A stretch of 64,000 bases of DNA from Camelus dromedarius (lineage: Eukaryota). The translations under genes and the position numbers were made by a program. Of this stretch, positions 40,501-52,726 are shown one piece after another; the first letter of the stretch is position 1; the number at the start of each line of letters is the position of its first letter. The notes under the pieces were generated by a model. It worked only from the letters and a program-made list of their open reading frames with translations. It did not search any database and was not told the origin of the DNA. The stretch lies in assembly GCF_036321535.1 (NCBI RefSeq), contig NC_087436.1, positions 109,618,001 to 109,682,000 on the forward strand, given 5' to 3'.

Positions 40501-41329
40501 ACTCATTTTCTCAGTTCAGGTTGTGTGACTGATCACGAGTCCCTGGTTGCCTGGCCAACACCTAATGTTTTTTTTTCAGATTTTGGCTCACATACCTCCT
40601 TCCCAAACTTTCCCCCCATCCTCAAATATCTACACCAGTTACCTTTTGAAAACATTTATCATCTAATGTATTTCCTCCTAAAATGCATTTATCGTACTGT
40701 TGACTGCTTTCTCTTATGTATGACTTATTAAACTGTAAGCTCTTTGAGGGAAAAGGGTTACTGGTCTTTTTCACATTTTTATCACTACCATGGTAGCTTT
40801 AGGAGGAGCCCCAAAGCAGCTGCCATTGACTTTAAAGGATAAGTAATCTGTAACCTAGAGAAAAATAGTAAGTCTGATTGATGGAACACTAAAGCAAATC
40901 ATCAGACAGAAGATAAGTGACATTTGTCCCCCTGGGTGTACCTTTGTCTCGAATATATCATTTTATGTTAGTATTTCTTTCTGAGGCATATGGTGCCTTG
41001 TTATGAAACACTCCAAATAATTGAAATTATAAAAAGATAATTACATAAAACTATACAAAAGAGAATTATATAAGGATTATAATTACTGAAAATTCACCTA
41101 ACTTGATTTTTATTTTACTTTACTTTTCATTTTAAATGATAACAATTGACAGATAAAGGTGAGGCTGCTCTGTGTATCCCTCCATAACGGCACATACCTC
41201 CTTCCCTTTTCCTGCATTTGGTATTTCTCCTCGTAGTTTACATACCTTTTTCAATTTACCTATATCTTCAAAGCAAGTAGTTTATTTTTTGTGTTCCAAA
41301 CCCTTATATAACTGCTGCCACTTTATCAG

Positions 41330-41677
41330 TTAGAGTTGTAGTCATCTGAAGGCTTGACTGACACTCTTGGAAGGATCCCCTTCCAAGATAACTCACTCGT
41401 ACGGCTATTGGTACAAGGGCTCCATTTCTCAGCACACGCACCTCTCCACAGGTGTGTGAGAATCCTCCCACAAGGAAGCTGGCTTGCCCACAGTGAGTGA
41501 TGTAGGCGAGCAAGACTGAAGTCATGTGTTTTGTGTGACCTAGCCTAGGAAATCACAGACTGTCATTTACACAATGTCTTACTGGTTTAAGAAGCCAGAA
41601 GAACATATGAGAAGTAGACAAAGGCACAACTACTAGGAGGCATGGATTGGGAGCCTCCTTGGAGACTGGCTACTGCA
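41330..41677 (-). mobile_element. MaLR LTR fragment (MLT1H-like)
   Basis: gtcatctgaaggcttgactg...cctctccacagg...ttggagactggctactgca. Confidence 0.6.
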
Positions 41678-42222
41678 ATTGTCAAAAGGCTTTACAAGGT
41701 CTTTAATATTGAGTCAAAGGTCTTGCCTCAAAGTGATATTGGAGACTTCAAGCCAGGGTTCGGTATGTGTAACTTTTTCTAACTTTTAGAAATTCGTCTT
41801 GCTACCTACGCCAACAGTCAAGGGATAGAAGTGGCTTCATGAGTCGAATTTCGTGGATCTTACTCCAGTGTCTGGTTTCTAGCAATGAACCTGTATCAGG
41901 TCCTCTGCTCACATGGGACACTGTCATGTGAGCCACCTTTGTCTTCCTTATGGATATAGAGTCTATTAAATGTGTGCTTTAGTCCAATGCAATGTTTTGT
42001 GTTTGATTCTGGTACATGGGAATTTGCCTTGATTCCTATATATGACTAAATATATACATTTTACATATCATCACCATGTATTTGCCACACAATGAATATA
42101 TCAAAGTGCAAAGTTATTATTTTGATTGGAGGCTTTCCTGACCAAAAAAAAAATTGGGGCATGTTCTTAAAATTGCATAATACAGTTTTAAAATCAGTTT
42201 ATGCATGGATTCTAAAAGAAAG

Positions 42223-42740
42223 TGTAATAGGGAAGAACAAATCTGACTCCATATTAGATCTGTTCCTTTAGTTCTAACCCTGTGCTCTGTTTCCTGTGCT
42301 TAGTCATCCTGGTTCTATACCTTTTGTAAAAGAACGTTGCCTATAGCCTGAAATATACAGGATAGCTACTTCTCAAGGCTCTGATCTTTAAGGGTGCAAC
42401 ACTTTTCCATTCATACAGAGATAAAACATTGCAGAGCAGAAAATAACATTTGTCTTGTTGGAGGTTTACAGGAGCATCATGACCTGACCTGCACGGATAA
42501 CTGCAAGAACAAAGGATTCCGACACCAGAAGTTTGCAGCAACCAACCATCCCCCCTCTTTTGTTTATTATAAACGGAGCCTGAATTCTAACTTGGATAAG
42601 ATGGTTCTCAAGGCATTAGTCTCCCATCTTCTTGGTCTGCTGGCTTTCCAAATAGAGTCGTTATTCCTTGCCCCAATACCTTGACTTCTGATTTATTTGC
42701 CTGTCATGCAGTGAGTAGAATGAGTTTGGGCTCAGTAACA
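42223..42740 (+). mobile_element. ERV1-type solo LTR, copy B (same family as 8083-8577)
   Basis: tgtaataggg...cagtaaca; perfect 4-bp TSD AAAG at 42219-42222 and 42741-42744. Confidence 0.92.
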
Positions 42741-45700
42741 AAAGGGATAGCAGTAGGCATCCAGAGTCATTATTCCTCAGGTGATCTCTGAGGAATCATG
42801 AGGTATGCAAAAGGAAGTTTGGTTATATTACCTGGACTCAATTTAAGACATGAGTGGGAAAACAACATAAAGTTGTCCATAAAGATTTAGGAGATTGTTG
42901 GCTTCAGAAAAGTCAAAGGTAAGATGGTAGCTTTCCTAGAACACTGCCACCAACAACAAACTCATATTGAATTATGGTTCTTTTATGGTTTAAAAATATA
43001 GTTTGGGTACAAATACAGAATAGAATAAAATTCTAAGCTACATGCATAGATGTTTACTTGACTATTTCTTGCCAGGTGGAAAATTATTGAAATTGTGTTC
43101 ATTTGTACAACAGAGATGACTTTATTTCACTTGGTTTCTTTCTGACATTGTCTGGCATTTCTTTATTAGTGAATCTCTTCACATTAATTGTAATTCCAGT
43201 GTTTCACTTAATCTGACATTTGCAACACATATGATATCTTATTTACTCATTTATAAATTATCTCATAACAAACTTGAGATCCATGTCCAAATGACTATAA
43301 TCACTCAAATAGTCTTGAAAAATAATGAATAATATTAGAAATGTCAACACCCAAGCAGAAAATTGTTTTGACTAGTGAGGTTGAGAATTTGTCAAGTATT
43401 ATCCTTCCATACTGTCATCAGATATGTCTTTACAAGGTCAGTTTCTCTGTCCAGTAATGAGAGCACAGAAAATTTCAAGTGCACATTGACTGTCAAGTAT
43501 AATTCTCTGAAAGAATGAATAAATTTTTACATAAAACATTAAAATTGTTAAGTTGGCTGCTGAGAAATAGAGTTTATATTTAAAAATGAAGTAAGAACAT
43601 AAAACTAGAGCATGAGAGGAAGTTGGAATTTCAGAGATGATGGAGATGTCAAGAGAAAGAAAAATATATAGATTTCAAGAAAATTCATGTTCAGACTGAA
43701 TTTGATGTATGAATAACTTTATCCAATGACTTTGAATGTCGAAACAAACCATATTTCCAGCAAAGGAGATGCTTTGGGAAATAATTTGATTTTGCAATCC
43801 TCAAAAAGTCCTGAAGAGTTAGGAAAATGAATTCAAGGGAAAGAGCTATTTCCAGATAAAATAAAAATAAAATAAGCAGAAATAGATTAATAAAGATCTA
43901 GTAAGTCCAAATGAAAGGGCTCCATGTAGACTGAGTGATAGTCATATGGTAGGTATTACAAAGGGTACTTTGGAATACAGGGTGTAAGTAATTCTCAAAA
44001 GTGAAGTCAAGCGTTAAAATACATTATCTAGTTACCAATGAAGAATAAGATGGTTCCTGAATCCTTAACTCTTAAGTATAAACTGAGTTTCAAGCTCCTG
44101 GTGCCCTTCAGATTCCTTAGTTCACTAGAACATTCTCGTTAAACACTGAAAATAGCATCAAAAGAGACAGAATTTTAACCAGTGTCAAAAAGAAAGAAAA
44201 GAAAATCTACATAAGTATAATTGACCTTTGAGTTGAGATGCAAGGATGTTACATACTTAGTATATATTTTTTTCTATTTCTCTAATTCTAATAACATTCA
44301 AATGATGATTTTATTGGGTCAAAGCATAGCTAACATACTATATTAAAGAAACCCAGATAGGAAATTATTTAGCATGCATCTTGAAAAGTATGCAACCCAT
44401 ATAAATATACATTTGAATCAACCAATACTCACGTTACTGAATATGCAAAATTGGTGGACCTCATTCATTATAAGACTTTATTTTTATAATTTGCCCAAAA
44501 CTGGGCAACAGTGGAAGAGCCTGATGTCAACATCCCACTACAGCCATGGAAAAGAAACTTATTTCTTAAAGTATGATGCCATTCTGGGCTGCATATTAGA
44601 AAAAACAATAATACTTTTAAAATATTTTGAATTCTGTTTTACATCAATAAACACATTCTATCCTCACAGAAATTTTATAAATAGTTAGACAAATATAATT
44701 ATCTCCATTTTATAGAAACCACACTATGCTTTTTGAGGTCATGCTAATTTACCCAAAACCATGTCTTTAGTTAGCGGAGAAGGTTAAAATCAAACACAGT
44801 TTTTCTGATTTCTTTCGTCCTTTAAGATACAGCACAAAAAACCACCTCCTCTGCAAAGGGAACATTCGACTTTTCTTCCTCAGTGCTCATCAATACCTTA
44901 GGCATGTTTCCAGTACATCACCATCACATTGTATCCAAATGCAAAAAGAAGAATAAAACTGGAGGCAGATAGGTATTAAACAAACATTGCACCAAATTAG
45001 AAGCCAATGTTTTACACAATTCTTTAGATCAGTTAAAGCATTTTTTTACAAGGCAAGAAAAACTTTGGAAAAGAATAATATTATAGGAAAACTGATTAGT
45101 GATTAAAAGTTTGTGAGTATGAACACAAGGATTAGTTAGGGGCAGCCATTTTTAATTTTCTCTACCAGTCAGGAGAAAATCTATCTAGGGCACTTTATTT
45201 AGCTCATTAACATATCTTAGGAAACCAAATGAATTATTTGTCAGGAAGAATTATCTGGAAAGAAATTACTGAGCTCAGTGTTGCATATCTTTGTGGATAT
45301 TGCCACACCAAAATTAATTACAATTATTAATAGCGGTTTTCTCTGGGGATGTTTCTTCTGCCACCCAAATAAGTCATTCTGTGTCCAGGCTGAATGTGTC
45401 CTGTATTTACTCTGAACGCTATTGCATCCTTTAAGAAGTCTGGAAATAATAGTAACTCTGGATCAAAGATTTTAGAAAAGTAAGGACATATTAGCATTGC
45501 AGCTACTCAAAAACTGGAATGCTACAAAAATAAGCCTGTAAGTTAGCAGGATCGTCAAGAAACAACTGACCTTTGCAAGAGTGTAGTATCTGGCAATATT
45601 TCTTACCTAGAGATGTCTATTATTAATAATTCCATGAATATTAATGGAAGCTTTCTCTTTATATGACAAAGAAAATAGCTATATTTGATGTGGAATTATT

Positions 45701-47659
45701 AAATGACCATCTATCATAGCTGGGCAAAACTGGTTGCATTTAGCTGAATGCTGGTTGAAATTTTAGACCTCACATAACTGAAACACATTATTTTTCATGC
45801 TTTTGTGTCTTCTTTGCCAGCAGCCCCTTATATTTGAACAAATTACATACGTGTTAAGTTTGATAGTTTGAATGATTTTGTCAGAGAGCAGATCTTGCCC
45901 AAGTCAGTCATTTCCTCAGAGGCCAACAAAAGGTAAGAGATTTGCGTGAGGTCACATAGCTGGGGCACCAGGGACTCTCTACTGCGCAATTTCATAGCAA
46001 GATTTTCAGTCAGGTCATTGGAAGGGCAATGATATTTAGTGCTACATTTCAGACTCTCATTTTCTTGAAAGTTGATTCAATCTTAAGCAATCAGGAAAAG
46101 CTCCAAAAGTAGAAAAATGGTAATTTCCTTTTTTTGAACATGCAACCACAAATTTTGGAAATTACATCTATCTGTATAGATTTCACATCACAGTGTCCTC
46201 ATACGTACATCTCAGACCAGCTATTTCTTTACCAATGATGATGCTAACAAAACATTTCCTGACAATTTTGGTGGTAACTGTAGTTACCATGTTCATAGTG
46301 TGAACTATGCTCCAATTATAGTGTTTAGAAAGCCTCATACAGGATGTGGAATGAGATGTCCTTAGTTGTCTCTGAATTTTGACTAAGGCCTGCTAGTTGA
46401 AGACAAAGGGCAATAGAGAGCTTGTAAACACATCTATGCTGTGCTTCCCAAGATAGTAAAATTATTCCAGGCATTATCAGCTTTTGTTACTCATTGCCAG
46501 ACTTCATAAGAGAAGTTTAGAAATTTGAAAATAGAAATTTGAAGTAGAGAGTCAGGTAGGTAGGGCATTTTTGATGTAGGAGAGAAGGAGGTGGTATTTT
46601 CCTTTCCTGTTTGGTCACGGAGGAAGAGAAAATGTTATTCCCACTCACCTCCAGGCAGGGGAGGAGGGTCATGAGGAGGATGTTCCTATAGATTTGGTGG
46701 ATGCTAGTTGAATGTTTATGAAGTTATGAAAATTAAGAACCTCATTCTGTCAAGGGGCTGGAATAAATGTGACAAGAAAGTTCTTGGGAGAACTTGATAT
46801 ATGTCTTCTGGAGTTTGAGAACATATGAAACAGTTGCTTCTCACTCATATAATTTGGAAGAAAAAAATTTCCAGGAACATCTTGCAATGGTCAGAACACA
46901 GAACATGGAGGAAGAAGACAGGTTTTCCAAGAGACGCACTGAACTGTATAGTGGCTTTGAAAACGCCTAACAGAACCTGGATTTTGAAGCCTTATGTAAA
47001 GGAAGTGTAGTGGTAACACCTGGATGTGAGATATGTGTTCATTTTCTTCTAAGATAATCCCTTCCACCGAGCCTGTCTTTGGAGGTACTTGAAGGTGGAA
47101 AAACAGGGGTAAGGCAGACCACATTCCCTCCTGAAGTGCTCAGTTGTAGCAACTGGAGAATAACTGAATCTATGTGACACAAATGAAAGCATTGATACAA
47201 GGTCAAAATCCAGGCTAACATTTTTAAATCATGAAAATGAATCTTATGTGTGAAAACTGGTTGCTTTTTTGACTTTTGGTAGCCAAAATGATGTCAGCCA
47301 AGTTATCAGCCCAAGTGATAATCCAGGGATATGAGAGGAAGAATTGACAGAGGAGAGCTGAGCAGTGTGGTGGATAAAGATCGTTATTTGGACTTTCATC
47401 AAATTTACCTTGGTTACATTCATAGGCTGTATCTCGTTTAATCTGTACAACAAGCCTCTATAATAGCTATCTTAAAACCTTCCAATACAGATAAAGATTC
47501 TGAGGCTTCAGGGAGCCACTGAAGAACAAGGATTACATTAGATATATCTAGATCTAACACTTCCTCTTTAGTATCTAGAATCCAGTACCACTCAAGAGAA
47601 TTGTCTTTGATAATAGTAACATACATATGTGCTTTATCCGACATATCTAGGATACACTT

Positions 47660-47795
47660 GGTACATGGGGCTGTTGAATACTTGAAACGTAGCTAGTGTG
47701 ACTGAGAAAGTCAGTTTTTAATTGTACTTATTTTAAATTAATTTAGACTTAAATAGCTCCTGGCAGGCTAGTGGCTGCTGTGTTGGGCATCACGC
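47660..47795. mobile_element. hAT-Charlie MITE (MER3-like)
   Basis: tacttgaaacgtagctagtgtgactgagaaa...aaatagc...ggctagtggctgctgtgttgggca. Confidence 0.7.
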
Positions 47796-50019
47796 TCCAG
47801 CCTGCTTCATCTGCCCACTGGCTCTAAATTTCTGTGGATCATGGGATATGGAAGGCAACTTCTCTAGCTCTTAATGGCAGTTCGCAATTCTTAGGTATTT
47901 GATCATAAAGAGAAACACATATATACACGCATCTTGATTCAGTTTAGAAGAACAGTGCTTAACTATGTAATTGATGAAGCTATATCTGTGCTTTTGTGAG
48001 AGAGGTGATAAGTTTAGGCGGTCAGCAATGGGACAATGATTTGCAAAATATGCCAGGCTTTAGAAACCCTACAAATAGCAAACAAACGGATGATTCCATG
48101 GGACCTTGGGTCCCTCGCTGGTAATGAAACCTGACCAATTCCACTTTGTCATATGTTGGGTTTTACAAAGGGTTTTATTTGAATTATACAAGCATGCAAA
48201 TAAATAGAAAGATACGTATATAGACAGATGAATTAAACCTACTTTGAAATGCATTAAGAAGCCAGGAGAGCTTAGATTTTCTATCAGCTCTTTAAATTAT
48301 TAGCAGTGTGACCACAGGCAATTTAGTTAGCCTCTTTGAGTCTCTAATTTCTTATCTGCACACAGGGGAGGATGCCACCTCTGTCTCCTTCGGAACCTCT
48401 TCTGAGTTTTTGTGGATCATAAATGATGTGCTGCATGAGAAAAGAATGTGTGAGCTGTGAAGCACTACACAACGGCGGGTTATTATTCATTTGTTACCAC
48501 AGCAACTGAAGGGCATCTCTGTGACAACAGCACAGCTAACTGAAAAGCAATGATTAAAAGAAAAAAAAAAAGGAGTATTGTTAAGATTGAGGTCCATGAT
48601 ACTTTAATAGCTAGAAAGCCCTAGTACTGATATTTTCCCATATCCTTTTCTTTCCAATCAAGAAATATTACATGGAAATATAATTTCTAAAATACAGAGA
48701 ACTGTGAAAACTACTGCCATTTTGTTGTGTCCTTCCAATGTTTTTTTTGCTCATGAATATATTTATACAGATAGATCACTAACATCAATTTTTTTAAATT
48801 GAGATCATACTGTATATTCTTTATAATTTGCTTTTTTTCACAAGTGACCCTTTATGAAAATTAGTGAATTTTTTTTTTAAATATGATTTTAAAAATTGCA
48901 TAACACACTATCACATGACTATGCCATAATTCTTTTTAACAGACTGTTATTGGATGTTTTAGGTCTTTCTCTCTTTCTCTCTTTATTTATTACTATTTTT
49001 TGAAAGGGGTTTGGCTACTGAAATGATACCGCAGCAACCGTCATAGACTTCCAGAACTGCACAGACACAGTCTTTCTCAAGGAACAGTACTGGAGCTGAG
49101 GCTGAATGACCAGAAGGAGCCAGACGTTAGCAGAGCTCTTCAGGCAGAAGGGCAAGCAAGTACAATGTCTTCATGGAAACTGTGCTTAACTGATAAGACT
49201 CTGCATTACCTCCCCAGGGAGGATTTATCATTTACCTCTTTTTCTGACTGCAGTGGGTTAGATGTTATTTCCTTGTTTAAGCAGTTGCAGAGTGGCGGTG
49301 AGGGGATCCAGTCCAGGCTGTCGCCTTTCAGGTAGACTTTGTCCCCTATACAAGATTTCCATTACATCTAATCTTGCACCCTCATCAGTCCTTAAAATAA
49401 TATTTGCCATACATTATCTTGTCAGAAAATAAATGTTAAATGAGTGAAAGAGGTGAAAACACTTGTAGTTTAGTCTACTATTTTATAAAGTAATAGCTCC
49501 AAAAATCTCCTTGCTCCACCCTTATTCAAAAAAGATAGTATTTTCTAAAATTCTGATAACTAATTTTTAATTCATTAATAAAAATTATGAGGAAGAGCAA
49601 AAGAGAAAGTGCACAGAACTCCAGATCAATAAATTTCTTCTACGTGTAAATATCCAGTGTTTGATACCCATAAGTGCAGAATAAAAAGCAAACAAAGAAA
49701 CACAAATATTTGGGAAAGGGATTTCTCACTGACAGCTATGTGAAAAAAGATGATGGATATATTTTCTTTGTTTTTATTTTTCTATGTTGGCAATAATTCA
49801 TGACTTTTGTGCTAATAGTTAAGTGTTAAATTTATAGTTTAAGTGCAGCATATAGAATGCCTGTTTCAAGATGAATGCAGCTAGTATAAGTACCATCACC
49901 TCTCAGGCCCTATTACTTTCCCCCCGCACTTAGCGCATAGAACATACTGGAGAGCTTAGAAAAGATGTTGGGATATTACATTCCAGTGGCTGGTGAGGAT
50001 GCAACACTCAACTTAGGGA

Positions 50020-50483
50020 TGTAACCGAGTAGGACCCCATGGGCCTTCCTGGGACAAACCCCTCCCCCATATCCTCCACCGTAGCTCCTCTCTGATGTAC
50101 CCAGATGATAGCATCTCATGTATATTTCCTGAGTTTTTCAGATGCTAAATACCACCACCAAAGAGAAGAAATGATGTTCGGAAGCATGTGACCCCCGACC
50201 TTCTGGCGCCCAGAGGTGGATAGCGTTGACCGTTCTGTTACCTTTACATCAATCAATCAGACAACTGTTCATGAGTGGATCGTGTACACTGCAGCCCCCA
50301 CCACCCCTGCAGCTGGCCTTTAAATATGCTTTGCTGGAACTCTTTAAAGAGTTTGGGGTTTTCTTGGGCATGAGCCACCCCATCCTCTTTGCTCAGATCT
50401 GCAATAAACCTTTATTTGCTCCAAACTCTGACATTTATTTGGCCTCACGGTGCACTGGGCACGTGAACTTGCACTTGGTAACA
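50020..50483 (+). mobile_element. ERV1-type solo LTR
   Basis: tgtaaccgagtaggacccc...ttggtaaca; AATAAA 50403-50408; 4-bp TSD ggga/ggaa. Confidence 0.88.
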
Positions 50484-51329
50484 GGAACATTTGCCACCTA
50501 TCCTCCCCGCCTCTCCATGTCTTAGCTCAACACTGTGCAGGCGTTCCAACATGCTAGAGAACGAATTTCTGAATATTCAACAAAGTACATGACTGAGGCT
50601 GAAGACAAGAATGATGAGCTGTTTTAATATGTCAAATTAATTTTTAAACCAACTGCTAGAAAAGGCCTAACGCTTAACCTGTCCATGTTTGATTAATGCA
50701 GACAAAAATGTCATCTAACAATCTGAGGACAGGAATAAAGACCATATGTGTTCAACAGTTCCCAGGTGTTCTTCTCAAGAAACTCCACTCTACATAAAGC
50801 AGCAATTTCAGAAAATCAAGAGATGTTAGTGCGTTACTGAGGAGAAATTAAAAGAACCTACTGAGAAACTCGTTTTTGTTCTAGGTTTCTCCCTAAGAAG
50901 CCTGCTCCACAGATGGACTGAAGAATTCAAAGAAATCTGGCGTATGCCATATGCTTTCCGCAGAAATGCACATCAACTGTGCTTTAGAGTAAAAAAAAAA
51001 TCTGCTAGTTTTTATTGTGTACGCTCCAAGGTCAAAGTAGGGGTTATTCTGGGAAAAGTGATGATTATGTCTCTGGGATGCTTCAACTTGAAGTGAAGTG
51101 GGCGGAACTGAACATCATTTCTATCAATTCCCTTGTGCCTTAAGACTGAGTCTGGCTGGCAAAGACTAACCATAGGGCATCCCCCAGCCCCCACGGACCT
51201 ATGTAGGAATTTGACAGTGGACTCCCTCTCAGCTGCTGGCCATTCTGAGAAGGCTCTTATTTCTGACTTGTCCTTAGACTCTTATGGTAGAATAGTCCAC
51301 TGACCTCACGAGAGGATTGAAATACTATG

Positions 51330-52320
51330 TTAAATAATTTTTTTGAAAGTCTCCTTGAGAAAGAACATTGGCAGACAACTTGGCCCAACTGTGTTCTAGT
51401 ATTTTGTGGAAAGTAGAACTTGGAAGTGATGGATATTTAGCTGCAGCCATTTCTAAACAAAGTGTTGAAGGTACAGCTTTGCTTCTCCTTGTGCCTTATG
51501 GTAAAGCACTAGAAGAGAGAGCTACATCAAAGAAGGGGTGTTAATCAGAGAGGATTCTGCACTGGATGGTTTGGATGATTCTCAGCCCTTTCAGATAGTG
51601 TGTTCTGGAAACAGGGCCAAGTGGCTGGACAGCTGTTTGCTAACGAGGCTAGCTGTGTGACTCATGGATCCAATCTCAGGAGAAGCCAGGAACAGAGCTG
51701 CATATATTCAGATGTTTGTGAAGGACCCTCTTTTCTGATGGTGTGGACTCACGTGAATTGCACATGAGTGAGGCCAGCAAGGATTTTCAGAAACTGAGAC
51801 CAGCAGAACATTGTCAGCCTGGATTCAAAGGGACTGAGATGGCAAGTAAGAAAGGAGGGCAGAACATCTCTGGTTTCAGAGGGTGGAGCTGCCCTCCTCC
51901 AAAGATGTGGGATTGCCACCCCAGCGGGCCTAGAGGACAGGGCAACCATCCAAGAAGAATTATTTTCAAGCCTTAAAATCTGATGGAATTTGCTCTGCCA
52001 GTTTTCAGATTTACTTAGAGTCTGTGATCCTTTTGTTTCTCTGATTTTTCTCTTTTGGAATGGGAAGTCTGTCCTAAGTTAGTGTACTTTAAAAGTATAT
52101 AACTTGGCTGGTATTACAAGTTTCTGATGAAAAGGAATTTTTCCCCAGAATGAATCACACCTTAAGTTTCACACATAATTGAATTAAATGATGTTTAGAT
52201 AGGATTTTGGACTTAGAGATGATGCTGGAATGGGTAAAGACTTTGGGGGATGTTAGAATAAAGTGAATGTATTTTGCACGTGAGAAGGACATGAATTTGG
52301 GGAGGAAACAGAAGTCAGAT
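51330..52320 (+). mobile_element. MaLR internal region (MLT1-int-like), 3' part
   Basis: tggcagacaacttggcccaactgtgttctagtattttgtggaaagtagaactt...gactttgggggatg...tgagaaggacatgaatttgggga directly abutting the LTR. Confidence 0.8.
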
Positions 52321-52726
52321 TGTTATGGATTTAATTGTGTTTCCCTCAAATCCAAATATTGAAGTCCTAACTCCTAGAGGTTCTGAGTGTGATTGTATTT
52401 GAAGACAGAGTCTGTAGTAAGGTGATCAAAGTAAAAGGATGGGGTGGGCCCTAATCTGTTAGGACCAGTGTCCTTATAAGATGGGAAATTGGAGACAAAC
52501 ACACATGAGAGGGAAGACGATGTGAAGAGACTTAGAGAGAAGGTGACTATCTATAAGCCAAGGAGAGACGGAATGGTTCTGTCCTTCATGCCCTCATGAA
52601 GAACCAACCCTGATGACACCTTGATTATAGACTTCTGTCCTCCAGAACTGTGAGACAATAAATCTCTGTAGTTTAAGCCATTTAGTTCATGGCATTTTGT
52701 TATGACAGCCCTAGCAAACTAATACA
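52321..52726 (+). mobile_element. MaLR 3' LTR (MLT1B-like)
   Basis: tgttatggatttaattgtgt...ttgaagtcctaac...ctccagaactgtgagacaataaat...gccctagcaaactaataca. Confidence 0.9.

Noticed and set aside
8083..42740. A single 34-kb provirus bounded by two matching LTRs
   Set aside because: Each LTR has its own distinct TSD, there is no gag/pol/env between them, and the interval is full of older host repeats.
45880..46020. Nuclear-receptor/CEBP motif cluster (AGGTCA twice, ctgcgcaat)
   Set aside because: The core ggtaagagatttgcgtgaggtcacatagctgg resembles the MIR core, and motif presence alone is insufficient evidence.
46272..46310. Adjacent short hairpins (tggtaact-gt-agttacca)
   Set aside because: Arms of 8 bp or less are expected by chance in 64 kb.
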